A DNA stretch of 64,000 bases from the NCBI GenBank assembly GCA_963765765.1, contig CAVXYC010000020.1, positions 128,001 through 192,000 on the forward strand. The letters are read 5' to 3'. The notes beneath the pieces were generated by a model. The model ran no database searches. It was not told the origin of the DNA and worked only from the letters and a program-made list of their open reading frames with translations. Shown here in pieces: positions 21,549 to 31,900 of the stretch (positions are counted from its first letter, which is position 1; every line of letters begins with the position of its first letter). Source of the DNA: an uncultured Chloroflexia bacterium. GTDB taxonomy: Bacteria > Chloroflexota > UBA6077 > JACCZL01. Both the position numbers and the translations under genes were made by a program.

Positions 21549-22976
21549 GTGACGACCATACACCAACTGCCGCCACGTCGGGTCGAGCGCGATTCGATGG
21601 GCGAGCTGGAAGTCCCTGAAGGCGCGTACTACGGCGCGTCGACGATGCGCGCGGTGCAGAACTTTCCCATTAGCGAGCTGCGCTTTAATCGCAGCTTTAT
21701 TCGGGCGCTCGGCTTGATCAAGAAATCGGCCGCCCTGGTCAGTCAGGAGCTGGGTTTACTGGACGAGCGGCGAGCGGGCGCCGTCTCCAGTGCAGCGCAA
21801 GAAGTCTCCGACGGTCAATTTGACGAGCAGTTCGTCGTCGATATCTTCCAGACGGGTTCTGGCACGTCCACGAATATGAACGCCAACGAGGTCATCGCCA
21901 ATCGCGCGATCGAGATTCTCGGCGAGCCGTTTGGCTCGCGCGGCGTGCACCCGAACGATCACGTCAATATTGGCCAGTCATCCAATGACGTGATTCCGAC
22001 GGCGATTCATCTGGCCGCGCTCCTGGAGATCGAAGGCACGTTGGTGCCCGCGCTCAAGCAGCTCGAGGGTTCATTGCGCGCCAAGGCTGATGAATTCATG
22101 CCCATCATCAAAACTGGCCGCACGCACCTTCAGGATGCCACACCGATCCGGCTAGGCCAGGAGTTCCTGGGATATGCCGGCCAGATCGAACGCGCGCTCC
22201 TGCGCGTTGAGTACGCAAAGCAAGAGCTGAGTGAGGTGGCGCTTGGCGGCACCGCGGTGGGCACCGGTATCAACATGCCAACCGGCATGGCTGAGCGTGT
22301 CTGCGCCAAGATCAACGCGGAGACCGGACTCTCCGTCAAGGAGACCGGCAATCACTTCCAGGCTCAGAACACGCTGGATGGTTGTGTGGCAGCAAGTGGC
22401 GCCATGAATACCATTGCCGTGAGCCTGATGAAGATCGCCAACGACCTGCGTTGGATGGGTTCCGGCCCACGGGCTGGAATTGGCGAGATCGATCTTCCGG
22501 CCGTCCAGCCGGGAAGCTCAATCATGCCGGGCAAAGTGAACCCGGTCATTCCCGAATCTGTCTGCCAGGTAGCTGCTCAGGTGATGGGAAACCATACCAC
22601 TGTCACGGTGGCCGGCCAATCCGGCAACTTCGAGATCAACGTCATGATGCCCGTAGTTGCCTACAACCTGCTCCAGTCTATCAATCTACTTGGAATGGTC
22701 TCGAAGAACCTGGAAGAGCAGTGTATCCGGGACATTCAGGCCACCACGCACGGTCCCGACATGATCGAGAAGGGCCTGATGCTGGGTACGGCGCTAGCGC
22801 CGGTCGTCGGCTACGATACCGCCGCGGAGATCGCCAAGGATGCCGCCAAGACAGGCCGCACTATCCGCGAGGTCGCCCGAGAAAAGACGAGTCTGTCCGA
22901 TGTTGAGCTGGATCGAATCCTCGACCCCGCCCCGATGACGGAGCCGGGCTTTGAAGGAGCAGGCGGCGGAGGCTGA
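21549..22976 (+). CDS. fumC: Class II fumarate hydratase
   Basis: RVERDSMG, FQTGSGTSTNMNANEV, GQSSND, KTGRTHLQDA, GSSIMPGKVNP. Confidence 0.95.
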   Translation: MTTIHQLPPRRVERDSMGELEVPEGAYYGASTMRAVQNFPISELRFNRSFIRALGLIKKSAALVSQELGLLDERRAGAVSSAAQEVSDGQFDEQFVVDIFQTGSGTSTNMNANEVIANRAIEILGEPFGSRGVHPNDHVNIGQSSNDVIPTAIHLAALLEIEGTLVPALKQLEGSLRAKADEFMPIIKTGRTHLQDATPIRLGQEFLGYAGQIERALLRVEYAKQELSEVALGGTAVGTGINMPTGMAERVCAKINAETGLSVKETGNHFQAQNTLDGCVAASGAMNTIAVSLMKIANDLRWMGSGPRAGIGEIDLPAVQPGSSIMPGKVNPVIPESVCQVAAQVMGNHTTVTVAGQSGNFEINVMMPVVAYNLLQSINLLGMVSKNLEEQCIRDIQATTHGPDMIEKGLMLGTALAPVVGYDTAAEIAKDAAKTGRTIREVAREKTSLSDVELDRILDPAPMTEPGFEGAGGGG

Positions 22977-23085
22977 CCGGACGAGCGGTCAGAGGTCAGG
23001 GGATATAGACGTGGTCGCTGTGCTCATTTCCGAACTCATCAGACGTTCCCTGACCTCTAGCCTCTGACCTCGGACCGCTCGTCGG
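22977..23085. repeat. Imperfect inverted repeat after fumC (terminator or MITE-like)
   Basis: GACGAGCGGTCAGAGGTCAGGG ... CCCTGACCTCT..TCTGACCTCGGACCGCTCGTC. Confidence 0.55.
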
Positions 23086-23086
23086 C

Positions 23087-23116
23087 TTGACGCTCCGGGA
23101 GACCGGCCTGTAGGAT
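23087..23116 (+). promoter_or_regulatory. Sigma70-type promoter of tRNA-Gln/glmU
   Basis: TTGACG-18 nt-TAGGAT about 20 nt before the tRNA. Confidence 0.6.
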
Positions 23117-23136
23117 TTTCTCTGGTTAGCTCATAG

Positions 23137-23207
23137 TGGCGAGTGGTGAAGTGGTATCACAGGGGACTTTGGATCCCTTATCCCAGGTTCGAATCCTGGC
23201 TCGCCAG
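23137..23207 (+). tRNA. tRNA-Gln(TTG)
   Basis: TGGCGAG/CTCGCCA acceptor, GGGGA-CT-TTG-GA-TCCCT anticodon arm, GGTTCGAATCC. Confidence 0.96.
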
Positions 23208-23238
23208 CCCGTGTGGCAAAAATGAGCCTCCCTACTTG

Positions 23239-24655
23239 ATGAGCGAATCCGTAGACGCAGAGCCTCCAAGTCCAAGCCTCGGTGTGGTGATCCTGGCAGC
23301 CGGTCAGGGCACCAGGATGCGCTCCCCCACCCCCAAGGTGCTGCACCCGCTTGCGGGTCGACCGATGGTTGGCCATGTAGCGGCTGTCGCCCGCCGACTC
23401 ACCCCCTCACTTCTCGTTGTAGTTGTCTCCGCCTGACGGTGATCGCGTTGCCCTTGCGGCCGGGCCCGACGCTATCAAAGCCGTGCAACACGAGCAGCTT
23501 GGCACTGCCAATGCGATGCAAGCCGCTGAACTGGCCATCCGCGACCGCGTGGACACGGTGCTGATGCTCTACGGTGACGCCGCTCTGATCAAGGAAGTCA
23601 CACTGCAACGCATGCTCAATGCGCTGAGCAGGGCGCCTCTCGTCTTCCTCACCGCGGAGCTCAATGATGCGGCGGGCTACGGTCGAGTAATTCGTGACAG
23701 CGCGGGCCAGGTGGCCGGCGTGGTGGAGGAGCGCGACGCTACCGACGCTCAGAAGTCGATTCGCGAGATCAATAGCGGCATCATGGCGTTCCGGAGTGCG
23801 TGGCTATGGGAGCACATCGGTCAAATCCCGCGCCAGCCACACGGCGAGTATTACCTGCCGGATCTCGTCGCCATTGCCATCGCTGAGGGGTCGCCAGTGG
23901 AAACCGTGTCAGCGGAATCGTTAGACGAGGTGGAAGGCGTGAACACACAGGCCCAGCTTGCCTATGCAAACAACGTGATCTGGCAGCGCGAGCGTGAGCG
24001 ACTAATGGCCAACGGCGTGACGCTGCCCGCCCCAGAGACCGTGTTCGTGAGTCCCGGCGTTGAAGTGGCCTCCGGAGCCATTATCCAACCAAACACGCAT
24101 TTGCTCGGTCAGACCACCATCGGCACGCTCTCCGAGATCGGACCGAACTCGATCATTCGCGATACCCGCATCGGCTCAGGCTGCTGCATCGTCTCATCTG
24201 TATTGGAAGGAGCCGAGGTGCATGACAACGTGCAAATCGGCCCGTTTAGCCACCTTCGGCCGGGCGCGGTCATTCACCATGATGTGGAGCTTGGAAACTA
24301 CTCCGAAGTAAAGGCCAGCACGGTGGGCGCGGGGAGTCGCATCCATCATTTCAGCTACATCGGTGACGCAACCCTGGGCGAGGACGTAAACATTGGCGCT
24401 GGCACCGTGACTTGCAATTACGATGGCGAAGCCAAGCACCCGACCACCATTGGGAATCATGCGTTCATTGGCAGCGATTCCATGCTCATCGCTCCGGTCG
24501 AGGTCGGCGAGCATGGGCGCACCGGCGCTGGGTCAGTCGTGCGGCGTGATGTGGCGCCCGGCCAGCTAGTGGTCGGTATGCCCGCTCGGCCCGTGCCCGG
24601 ACGGTCTCCCTCTATCCCGGACGGAGATACTCCCGTAGACGGCGAGTCAGGCTAG
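23239..24655 (+). CDS. glmU: Bifunctional GlcNAc-1-P uridyltransferase/acetyltransferase; frameshift near 23430
   Basis: [36 protein letters not shown], hexapeptide repeats, [13 protein letters not shown]. Confidence 0.96.
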
Positions 24656-24661
24656 CAACCG

Positions 24662-25937
24662 ATGTTGGACCAGGGTGTCTTATGGATGCTGCTGCTCGCG
24701 ATCTTGATTGCCGTGATGATCGCGGCGCTCGCTTCGGCGGCCCAGGCCTCGCTGTTCTACATCAACCGCGCACGCGTTAGAACGCTGATCGCGGAGGGTC
24801 TTCCACCGTCGGACGCGGTCATCAAGACCATCGATGAGCCGGCCTCTGGCCTCTCAACCGCGCTCTCGCTGAACGTCATAGGGATCTTCATCGGCGCATT
24901 CGCGGGTGCGATTGTCGGTACGGACCCCAGGCTCCCACAACCGGCCGGGCCCATTGTGACAGCGATTCTCGCGCTCGGCCTTTTCTTGTTTGCCGAGATT
25001 CTTGGCCGCGCGCTGGTGGCCGCCGCGCCGGAGAGCGCGGCGCCCCGACTGGTCCGCCCGCTCAGAGCGATTGGCTGGGTGCTCGGACCGATCGTCAGCC
25101 CCCTCGTATGGCTGGAATCCATGATGCTGCGCGTTATTGGCATGCGATCACGCGGGCTCATGACGGAAGAGGAAGCCCTGGCCGTTGCCGAGTCGCCCGA
25201 AGGCGACGGCGTGCTGGAGCAGGATGAGCGCGCCATGATTCACGGAGTCATAGGCATGAGTCAACGCCCGGTGCGTGAGGTCATGTCACCGCGCATCGAC
25301 GTTGCCGCGGCTCCCAGCAGCGCCACGATATCGGATGTTCTGGACCAGGTCGTGCGATTCCGGCCATTCCCGCATCCCGCTGTATGAAGAATCGATGGAC
25401 GACGTGATCGGCGTGGCTTACGCCAAGGACCTGCTCAAGCATCTCAAGGGCGGCGCACTGTCCGACTCGGTGAAGCCCATCACTCGTCCGGCGTACTTTG
25501 TGCCGGAGTCCAAGAAGGTTGACGAGCTTCTTCAAGAAATGCAGCACCAGGGCGTGCACATCGCCATTGTCGTGGACGAGTACGGTGGAACCGCGGGCGT
25601 CGTAACGATTGAAGACTTGCTCGAAGAGATCGTGGGCGAGATTCGTGATGAGTACGACGTCAACGAGGAAGAGCCCATCCGGCTTATAAGCGACGCCGAG
25701 GCAATCGTTAGCGCTCGCTACTCAATCCGCGACCTCAACGAACAATTTGGATTGAATCTGGACCAGGAAGAGATCGATACGGTGGGCGGACTTGTGTACC
25801 ACCGCCTCGGAAAAATGCCTGAAGTGGGCGATCGTATCCAGGTTGACGGCTGCGAGCTGACGGTCCTGGAAACCGCCGGCCGTCGAGTTCAAAAAGTGCG
25901 AGTTGTTCGGCTCGCCGGGCAAGCCGCTGAGCAATAG
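24662..25937 (+). CDS. Hemolysin/CNNM family protein (DUF21-CBS-CorC); frameshift near 25355
   Basis: TM region, [49 protein letters not shown]. Confidence 0.92.
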
Positions 25938-26065
25938 CTCTTCGGCATCGGATCCAACACCCCGCTAATCCACGGAGCTCCCATGACAAAACTTCAAATA
26001 TCTTTTGTGGCCGTCTCGATGCTGGTCGTACTCAGCATGGTAATCAGCACCTGCCAGGGTTATTC

Positions 26066-26458
26066 GTGACCCAGACACGACAGTCGCGCATGGCCGTCTA
26101 CCGCGACGCCCAACGGCGCTACCGTCCAGATCGGCGCCAATTTGAGCAGCTCGTAATGGAAGTGCTCGAATCCCTTCCCGACGAGCTAAAAGAGCGCATC
26201 GAGAACGTTGCAATCGTCGTGGAAGATGAGCCGAGGTCCGAGCAGTCTGGAGAGTCCCTTCTGGGACTTTATGAGGGAATCGCCCTTCCGTACCGTAGTG
26301 AGAGCTACAACCTTGCGCCGCCGGATCGCATCACGATATTTCGCCGATCCATCCTCGCTACAGCCTCAACCCGTGACGAAGTGCGTAAAGAGATTCGCGA
26401 CACCGTTGTGCACGAGATCGGCCATTACTTCGGGCTCACTGAACACGAGCTTCCCTGA
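26066..26458 (+). CDS. Zincin-like metallopeptidase (DUF1025 type)
   Basis: [26 protein letters not shown] (HExxH). Confidence 0.88.
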   Translation: MTQTRQSRMAVYRDAQRRYRPDRRQFEQLVMEVLESLPDELKERIENVAIVVEDEPRSEQSGESLLGLYEGIALPYRSESYNLAPPDRITIFRRSILATASTRDEVRKEIRDTVVHEIGHYFGLTEHELP

Positions 26459-26468
26459 GCGCACGATA

Positions 26469-27197
26469 ATGCGCATCGATATCCTGACGCTCTTCCCGGG
26501 CATGTTCAGCGGCCCTTTCGCCGAGAGTATTGTGAGCAGAGCGCAGGACCGCGGAATCGTCAAGATTACGCTTATCGACATCCGCACGTTCGCGACGGAC
26601 CGCCATCACACCGTGGACGACACGCCCTATGGAGGCGGACCGGGAATGGTGATGAAAGCCCCCGTCGTAGCGGACGCTATCGAGTCGGTCCGTTCAATTG
26701 AAGCTCGAGTGATCCTGCTCTCGCCGCAAGGACGCGTGCTGACGCAATCGATCGCGCGTGAGCTGAGCGAGCTCCCACAACTGGTCCTGGTGAGCGGCCA
26801 CTACGAGGGCATTGACGAGCGCGTGCGCGAAACGCTCGTGGACGATGAGATCTCCATCGGCGACTACGTCTTGACCGGGGGTGAGCTACCCGCCATGGTG
26901 CTCGTAGACGCAATCGTTCGACTCATCCCCGGCGCGCTCGGTGACGACAGCTCGTCAACTGATGAGAGCCACTCCGAAGGCCTGCTCGAGTACCCCCACT
27001 ACACACGGCCCCCCGTTTTCCGCGGCGCCGGCATCCCCCCAGTCCTACTCAGTGGCAACCACGCCCACATCGCCGCCTGGCGCCGTTACCAGAGCCTCCT
27101 CCGCACCCAATCCCGCCGCCCCGACCTTTTCACCGAGACCCACCGGGCCGAGCTCAACGAGCTAGAAGTCCGTTTGCGCAAAGCTGGAGTTATTTGA
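26469..27197 (+). CDS. trmD: tRNA (guanine37-N1)-methyltransferase
   Basis: [57 protein letters not shown]. Confidence 0.97.
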   Translation: MRIDILTLFPGMFSGPFAESIVSRAQDRGIVKITLIDIRTFATDRHHTVDDTPYGGGPGMVMKAPVVADAIESVRSIEARVILLSPQGRVLTQSIARELSELPQLVLVSGHYEGIDERVRETLVDDEISIGDYVLTGGELPAMVLVDAIVRLIPGALGDDSSSTDESHSEGLLEYPHYTRPPVFRGAGIPPVLLSGNHAHIAAWRRYQSLLRTQSRRPDLFTETHRAELNELEVRLRKAGVI

Positions 27198-27217
27198 ACT
27201 GCTCGTACAGGAAAAGA

Positions 27218-27323
27218 CCCCAACCCAGCCCTCCCCGTGCGTGGTCGTGCGGGGAGGTACCCGGAGACAATTGTTTCTGGTTCATGCTCCCTCCCCGCGC
27301 ACGGGGAGGGCTGGGGTAGGGTG
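27218..27323. repeat. Palindromic intergenic repeat
   Basis: CCCCAACCCAGCCCTCCCCGTGCG...GCGGGGAGG / CTCCCTCCCCGCGCACGGGGAGGGCTGGGGTAGGG. Confidence 0.65.
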
Positions 27324-27378
27324 GATTCATTGGGCAATGCTAGCTCGGACATCAAAGCCCTTACCCCTACTCCTCAAC

Positions 27379-27387
27379 TGATATAAT
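27379..27387 (+). promoter_or_regulatory. Extended -10 promoter of the tRNA-Ser pair
   Basis: TGATATAAT 15 nt before tRNA-Ser(TGA). Confidence 0.7.
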
Positions 27388-27402
27388 CTTGCTCACGTGT
27401 TT

Positions 27403-27489
27403 GGAGGGGTGGCCGAGCGGTTGAAGGCGGCTGTCTTGAAAACAGTTAGGTGATGAGCCTCGGGGGTTCGAATCCCTCCCCCTCCGCCA
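27403..27489 (+). tRNA. tRNA-Ser(TGA)
   Basis: GGAGGGG...GCTGT-CT-TGA-AA-ACAGT, long variable arm, GGTTCGAATCCC, ends GCCA. Confidence 0.97.
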
Positions 27490-27514
27490 GTATTGCTCAC
27501 AATTGAATAGATCG

Positions 27515-27604
27515 GGAGGAGTCGCATAGTGGTCTAGTGCGGCCGCCTGCTAAGCGGTTAGGGGCCCTTAAAGCCTCTCGAGGGTTCGAATCCCTCCTCC
27601 TCCG
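27515..27604 (+). tRNA. tRNA-Ser(GCT)
   Basis: GGAGGAG/CTCCTCC-G, GCCGC-CT-GCT-AA-GCGGT anticodon arm, long variable arm. Confidence 0.96.
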
Positions 27605-27663
27605 CCCACTCAATGCCTCGATACACTTCATCGAGGATTGTTTCTTTCGGGCATCGGAGGAAC

Positions 27664-27682
27664 TGTTGTCAAGGTGTTGTCA
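27664..27682. repeat. Direct repeat TGTTGTCA x2, candidate integrase arm-type sites
   Basis: TGTTGTCA at 27664 and 27675 (11-bp period), between the tRNA 3' end and the first integrase remnant. Confidence 0.45.
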
Positions 27683-27814
27683 GACGCAGCTCCAAAATCA
27701 ATGGGCCTGCCAGTTCCACGACTGACAGGCCCGTCTGATATACCGTCAAGCCATGACCCTGGCTTGGCTCCCGCAGTCCCGGTGCCCGCAATGATCGTAG
27801 AACCATGCTGCGCG

Positions 27815-27862
27815 GCTACGGAGCTTGCTGCGGTTCCCATGTATGCGCATGGGCCTCGATGC
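27815..27862 (-). pseudogene. Tyrosine integrase extreme 3' remnant (copy 0, highly decayed)
   Basis: Shares AGCTTGCTG...GCATGGGC.TCGA with copy 2 (32699-32735); translates as ..IEAHAH...QQA. Confidence 0.5.
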
Positions 27863-27911
27863 GCTGACTCTCCTGCCATTGAGGGATGAACACTAAACAG
27901 AATTCGACACG

Positions 27912-28996
27912 CTAGGCGAAGCTGGTTCCAGCTCCAACAACGCCGACATCACGAGCCTGAAGCTTGGCCGCTAGCCTCTCGATCGAATCAACCGACCCGG
28001 CAGATGGTTCAGCGATTCTTCCGTGAGCAATATCGTTGCGGATGTCCTTGAGATCAAGGAACTCATCGTAGTCCGAATCACCTATGTGGGTCCAGCTACA
28101 TACTCTGCACCACACAAACTGATCCACCAGTGGAGTGTTCTCCTTCTTCTTCGGGAGGCGAGGTAGGGCCACGCCGTTCGCAGCGGTGCGAACACGCGCA
28201 TCACTGGTGACAATTCGCGCGAGCCAAGCCGAGTGGTCTATAGAGCCAAACGTCATATTCGTTTCGATCTCGATAGAGAGAAAGAAGTACAGAAACCGCT
28301 TGAGAAGGTCACTTTCTCGAAGTGCTAGGTGGAAGAAACGAGAGGTCTCGGTCTGAGTGTCGCCGCGAGCACCGTCGCCCGCTGAATCAGCGCCGAAATC
28401 TCGTCTCCGGGAATCGACTCGGAAGCGTAACCGAAGCCAATATCTCGACTCTGACATCGTCGAGAAGCACACCGTCGGGCGTTAGCCCGAATGTATCGCT
28501 GGTGATCGGCCTGAGTTGGATAGAGAATTTCGTTGAATGGAAGACGGACTGGAGAGCAGACTCTAGTGATGGCAGCACCTTCCTTTCGAGGGGTCGCAAC
28601 TCACCCTTCGCCTTCGAGAACGAATCGTAATTAATGATGCATCCGTCGTCATATTTGACGCGCCCAGTAACGACTGAAAACATCGCCGTTGGACCAAACC
28701 TTACGCCGACGAATGGTGCCGAACATTGATTTTCTTTGGCCCATGCAGATTCGTCTTGACAGATCTCAATGTCGGCAAGCACTTGAGCGACTGCGTTCAC
28801 GCTGGAACCAATTGCTAACTCGTAGGGTATACCCGCGATCTCCGCTTTCGCTGAAATCAGATCCTCCGATGCGAGCGTGAAGCCACGAACCTCGTAAATG
28901 TGGAGACTGAAGAACTCCGCGCTGATGGATTCGATCCTCCAAGAGTGGGCGAAATCCCATAATCTCGATAGCGTCGTCCGATAGTGGCGGAGCCAT
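27912..28996 (-). CDS. Hypothetical protein with C-terminal HEPN-like RxxxxH motif; frameshifted in the assembly
   Basis: Pieced from ORFs 28766..28996, 28387..29016 and 27912..28472; C-terminus LLKRFLYFFLSIE...LKDIRNDIAHG. Confidence 0.65.
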
Positions 28997-29168
28997 GTGA
29001 TCACCAAACCGCTCAAAGTGCTGACTAGGAGTTGTTCCTATATCCTGCCAGATCCTATAACGCTAGGCCCTCGTTTTTCTGGAGCACTATGCCGCGAGAT
29101 GTCCGAACGATGGGGTGAGTTCCGGGTGCCGTAAATGGACGTAGTTCTGATCTTATGGTCGGATGGCG

Positions 29169-29417
29169 TCACATGCCGAGGAGTTGCTGAGTATCGTTAG
29201 CCAACTCCTGCAACCGAATCTCAGATGTTCGATGCCGGGGATGCATGGACTCCCACTGGCGAACGTGATCGATGTCGGCCAGCGTGATCCGAGCCAGAAG
29301 TGCTGGTGTCAGAGGGCGGGCAGGATCAGAGAGCGTCGAGGTGCTGGTCCGAAGGTTGCCACGGGCCAGCGTACGCCGAAGCTCGTCAGCAAGACCATCC
29401 AACTCCGACCACTCCAT
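29169..29417 (-). CDS. Hypothetical protein (82 aa)
   Basis: ATG preceded by GGGAG; plausible helical protein. Confidence 0.5.
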   Translation of the reverse strand: MEWSELDGLADELRRTLARGNLRTSTSTLSDPARPLTPALLARITLADIDHVRQWESMHPRHRTSEIRLQELANDTQQLLGM

Positions 29418-29543
29418 GACAACTCCCGTTAAGGTGCCCTGGCCTCCCTAATAGCCTGCCACGCTTCCAACGCAGGGGCTAGTGCAGAACCCCATACATA
29501 ATGGATCGGAACTTTCGGGGCCGAGTTGGTTCTGCGGCACATC

Positions 29544-29571
29544 TTGACACGCCGGAACCAGAACCTACACT
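29544..29571 (+). promoter_or_regulatory. Sigma70-type promoter of the GYD gene
   Basis: TTGACA-16 nt-TACACT, followed by a GGAGG RBS. Confidence 0.55.
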
Positions 29572-29605
29572 GGAGATGCGGAAAGGTCCCCCAGGGAGGA
29601 TGGCC

Positions 29606-29932
29606 ATGCCAGTCTACATGACGCAGTTTTCGTACACGACGGAGGCCTGGCAGGCGATGGCCCGCAATCCGGTTGACCGCCGGCAGGTGCTGCGGCCCTT
29701 GATGGAGGCGGTCGGCGGCCGACTCATCGATCTGTACTATGCGTTCGGGGATTACGATGGGGTCGTGCTGTACGAGGCGCCGGACGATGCGGCCGCTTCG
29801 GCTGCTGTACTTGCAGTGGTCGTGTCCGGTACCGCGAAACCGGTCAAGACGACGAAGCTGCTCACCGTCGACGAGGCGCTGCCGGCGCTCCGCAAGGCGA
29901 GGGAACTATCCTACCAGCGGCCCACTGCATAA
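29606..29932 (+). CDS. GYD domain protein
   Basis: MPVYMTQFSYT.EAW, GGRLIDLYYAFGDYDGV, KTTKLLT. Confidence 0.88.
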   Translation: MPVYMTQFSYTTEAWQAMARNPVDRRQVLRPLMEAVGGRLIDLYYAFGDYDGVVLYEAPDDAAASAAVLAVVVSGTAKPVKTTKLLTVDEALPALRKARELSYQRPTA

Positions 29933-29949
29933 CCGTTCGGCACCGCAGT

Positions 29950-30050
29950 GCGGACAACCCACGCAGCGGCACGGGAGCGAAAACCCCGAAGCGCTCGCCA
30001 TGCTCGCTGGTGAGTGCGGCATTGAAGTCGTTGATCGCTTGAACGGCTCG
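29950..30050 (-). pseudogene. Amidohydrolase/decarboxylase internal fragment
   Basis: RAVQAINDFNAALTSEHGERFGVFAPVPL resembles the amidohydrolase_2 N..A....P.RF..FA.LP segment; no complete gene. Confidence 0.5.
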
Positions 30051-30180
30051 GCGTCGCACGGCGCCAGCCTGCTGGATCAGGCCAAATGGGAGGAACAACA
30101 TCTGGCCTCCGGCGAGGTCCAGCACCGCATCAGGCCTGATGGCAAGCCAGCCGGCGTGCTGAGCCTCGCCAATGGAGTCG

Positions 30181-31338
30181 CTACGCACTTCGCTTAGTCA
30201 TCGATGGCGGCCGGCCCGAGGGCGGACGCAAGGACGGTGGTCCTCCCGTCGGCGGTCGGCCCGGCCGGCCCGAAGGGGGGCGCAGCGAGGGTGGGCGCCC
30301 GAACCCCTCCTTGCCGCCCCCATCGGCGGCTGATTGGACCCCATCCGCCATGCGCTGCTTGACCTCGTCCATCTGGTCCTTCACACGCTCCTGGAGCTCC
30401 TCGAGGCGTTCTGTCAGGCGGTCCTTGAGCTCCGTCCCTCTGTCTTGGACGGTCTCCTTCGCTGCGTTGGTCTTCTCCTCGATCTCCTCACCTGATACGG
30501 GAAGGATGGCCGCGAACGCCTCCTTCAGCATCTTCCCGATCATCTCTTGCACGCCTCTGAGAAACAGGTCGAGCAGGAGGTGCAGGACGCGCTCCCACTG
30601 GGCGTGCACGGCCGCGACAAGTGCCCCAAGCAGCGTCTGGATCGCCTCCCAGACCTCGCGCAGCGTCGTGCCGACATCCCCCCGTTCAAGCGCGTGGAGG
30701 GCCCGATCACCGTGCTGCTGCACCTCGGTCAGGAAGTCCTCGGAGCCGAGACGCGCCAGGAAATCATCGAACACCCCCTCGAGCGCCTGCTCTGTGTCCT
30801 GTTGCAGCCTCCGGCGGGTCGCCCCCTCCGGGACAAGCTCGAGGCCAGCTCCGATGAGAGGGCGGATCACCTGCTCCGTCGACGCGCGGACGCTTTCACG
30901 CACGGGCCCCGAGCGTCAGGGCGTCGCGTCCGTCCTCGATCCGCGACCGGAGCCATCGCGTGCTCGCTTGCTCGAGAAATCCGGGGGCCTGCCTGAGGAT
31001 CTCTGAGGCGGCTGACGGGGCCGAATCCGGCTCCGCGTCCGGTGGCTCCTGCGCTTCCTCGCTAGCCGTCCCGTCCGTCGCCCGTGACTCGTGCTCGCCC
31101 TGCTGAACCGGCAGTTGTTCCTCCGCCCGGCTCGGCTGCGGTGCGGGCGACGCCTGCTGACGGTCGTCCGCTCGTTCCGCCAACTGCGCCTGGTCGAGCT
31201 GCTGGCGTACCGTTCTCACGGTCTGCTGCCGCCACTCTGCCAGGGCTGGCTGGAGCGCTTGAGCGATCTGTTGCCGGAGCGTCTCCTGGACCTCCGGCGG
31301 AGGGCTGGAGGAGGGGGACCCGCGTCCGTGATGGTCAT
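30181..31338 (-). CDS. Hypothetical alpha-helical protein with Pro/Arg/Ser/Gly-rich (RPPS) C-terminal repeats; frameshifted
   Basis: ORFs 30896..31555 and 30181..30903; probable ATG at 31338 after AAGGA; tail GRPPSLRPPSGRPGRPPTGGPPSLRPPSGRPPS. Confidence 0.6.
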
Positions 31339-31590
31339 CGTATCCTTGTTTCCTTGGTAGGCTACGTTCTGCGCCCGATCCTGGCGCACAGTTCGTGCCG
31401 AGCTCGACCGTTCCAGCAGCGACCACTCCGCTTCTACGGGCGGGTAGTCTTCGCAATCCCGAGGATGAAGCTGGAGGGAAGCGGGCAGCGGGAAGGTGTC
31501 TTACGAACCGGTAACGGACCTTACCCTTCGAATCGTCGTCGATATGGTCTTGCACCTTGTTCGAGCGGTCTCCCGGATTCCTTGCACCCC

Positions 31591-31900
31591 TTAGGCAGGC
31601 CTGTCATCGACGAGGGCTAGCGTGCTCTTCAAGGCATCGTCCGGGATCTCGCGCAGGTTACTGAAATCACCCGGCTGGCCGTGCTCCTGACGATCCAATG
31701 CCTTGTCCTCAATACGATTCCAAACCAGCTCCACGGCTTTTAGTTCGCCGCCGAGGGCCTGCGCTAACACCATGCTAGCGAGCTTATTGGCAGTGTCAGG
31801 CGTCAGGACCTCACGAAGTGCCTGAATTAACGGGTCTTTGGGACGACCGGAAGGGTTTCCAGATTGGCCAGGTTGAAACGGCTTGCCCGGTCCGCCGCCC
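31591..31900 (-). pseudogene. DUF5681 / terminase small subunit-like relic
   Basis: In frame upstream of ORF 31591..31773: GKPFQPGQSGNPSGRPKDPLIQALREVL...; in-frame TGA just upstream. Confidence 0.7.

Noticed and set aside
29110-29190. Possible fifth integrase remnant (QQLLG...H..IRTTSIYG on the - strand)
   Set aside because: Needs indels to fit, and QQLLG belongs to the end of a plausible ORF. Too weak to call, but worth including in the HMM search.
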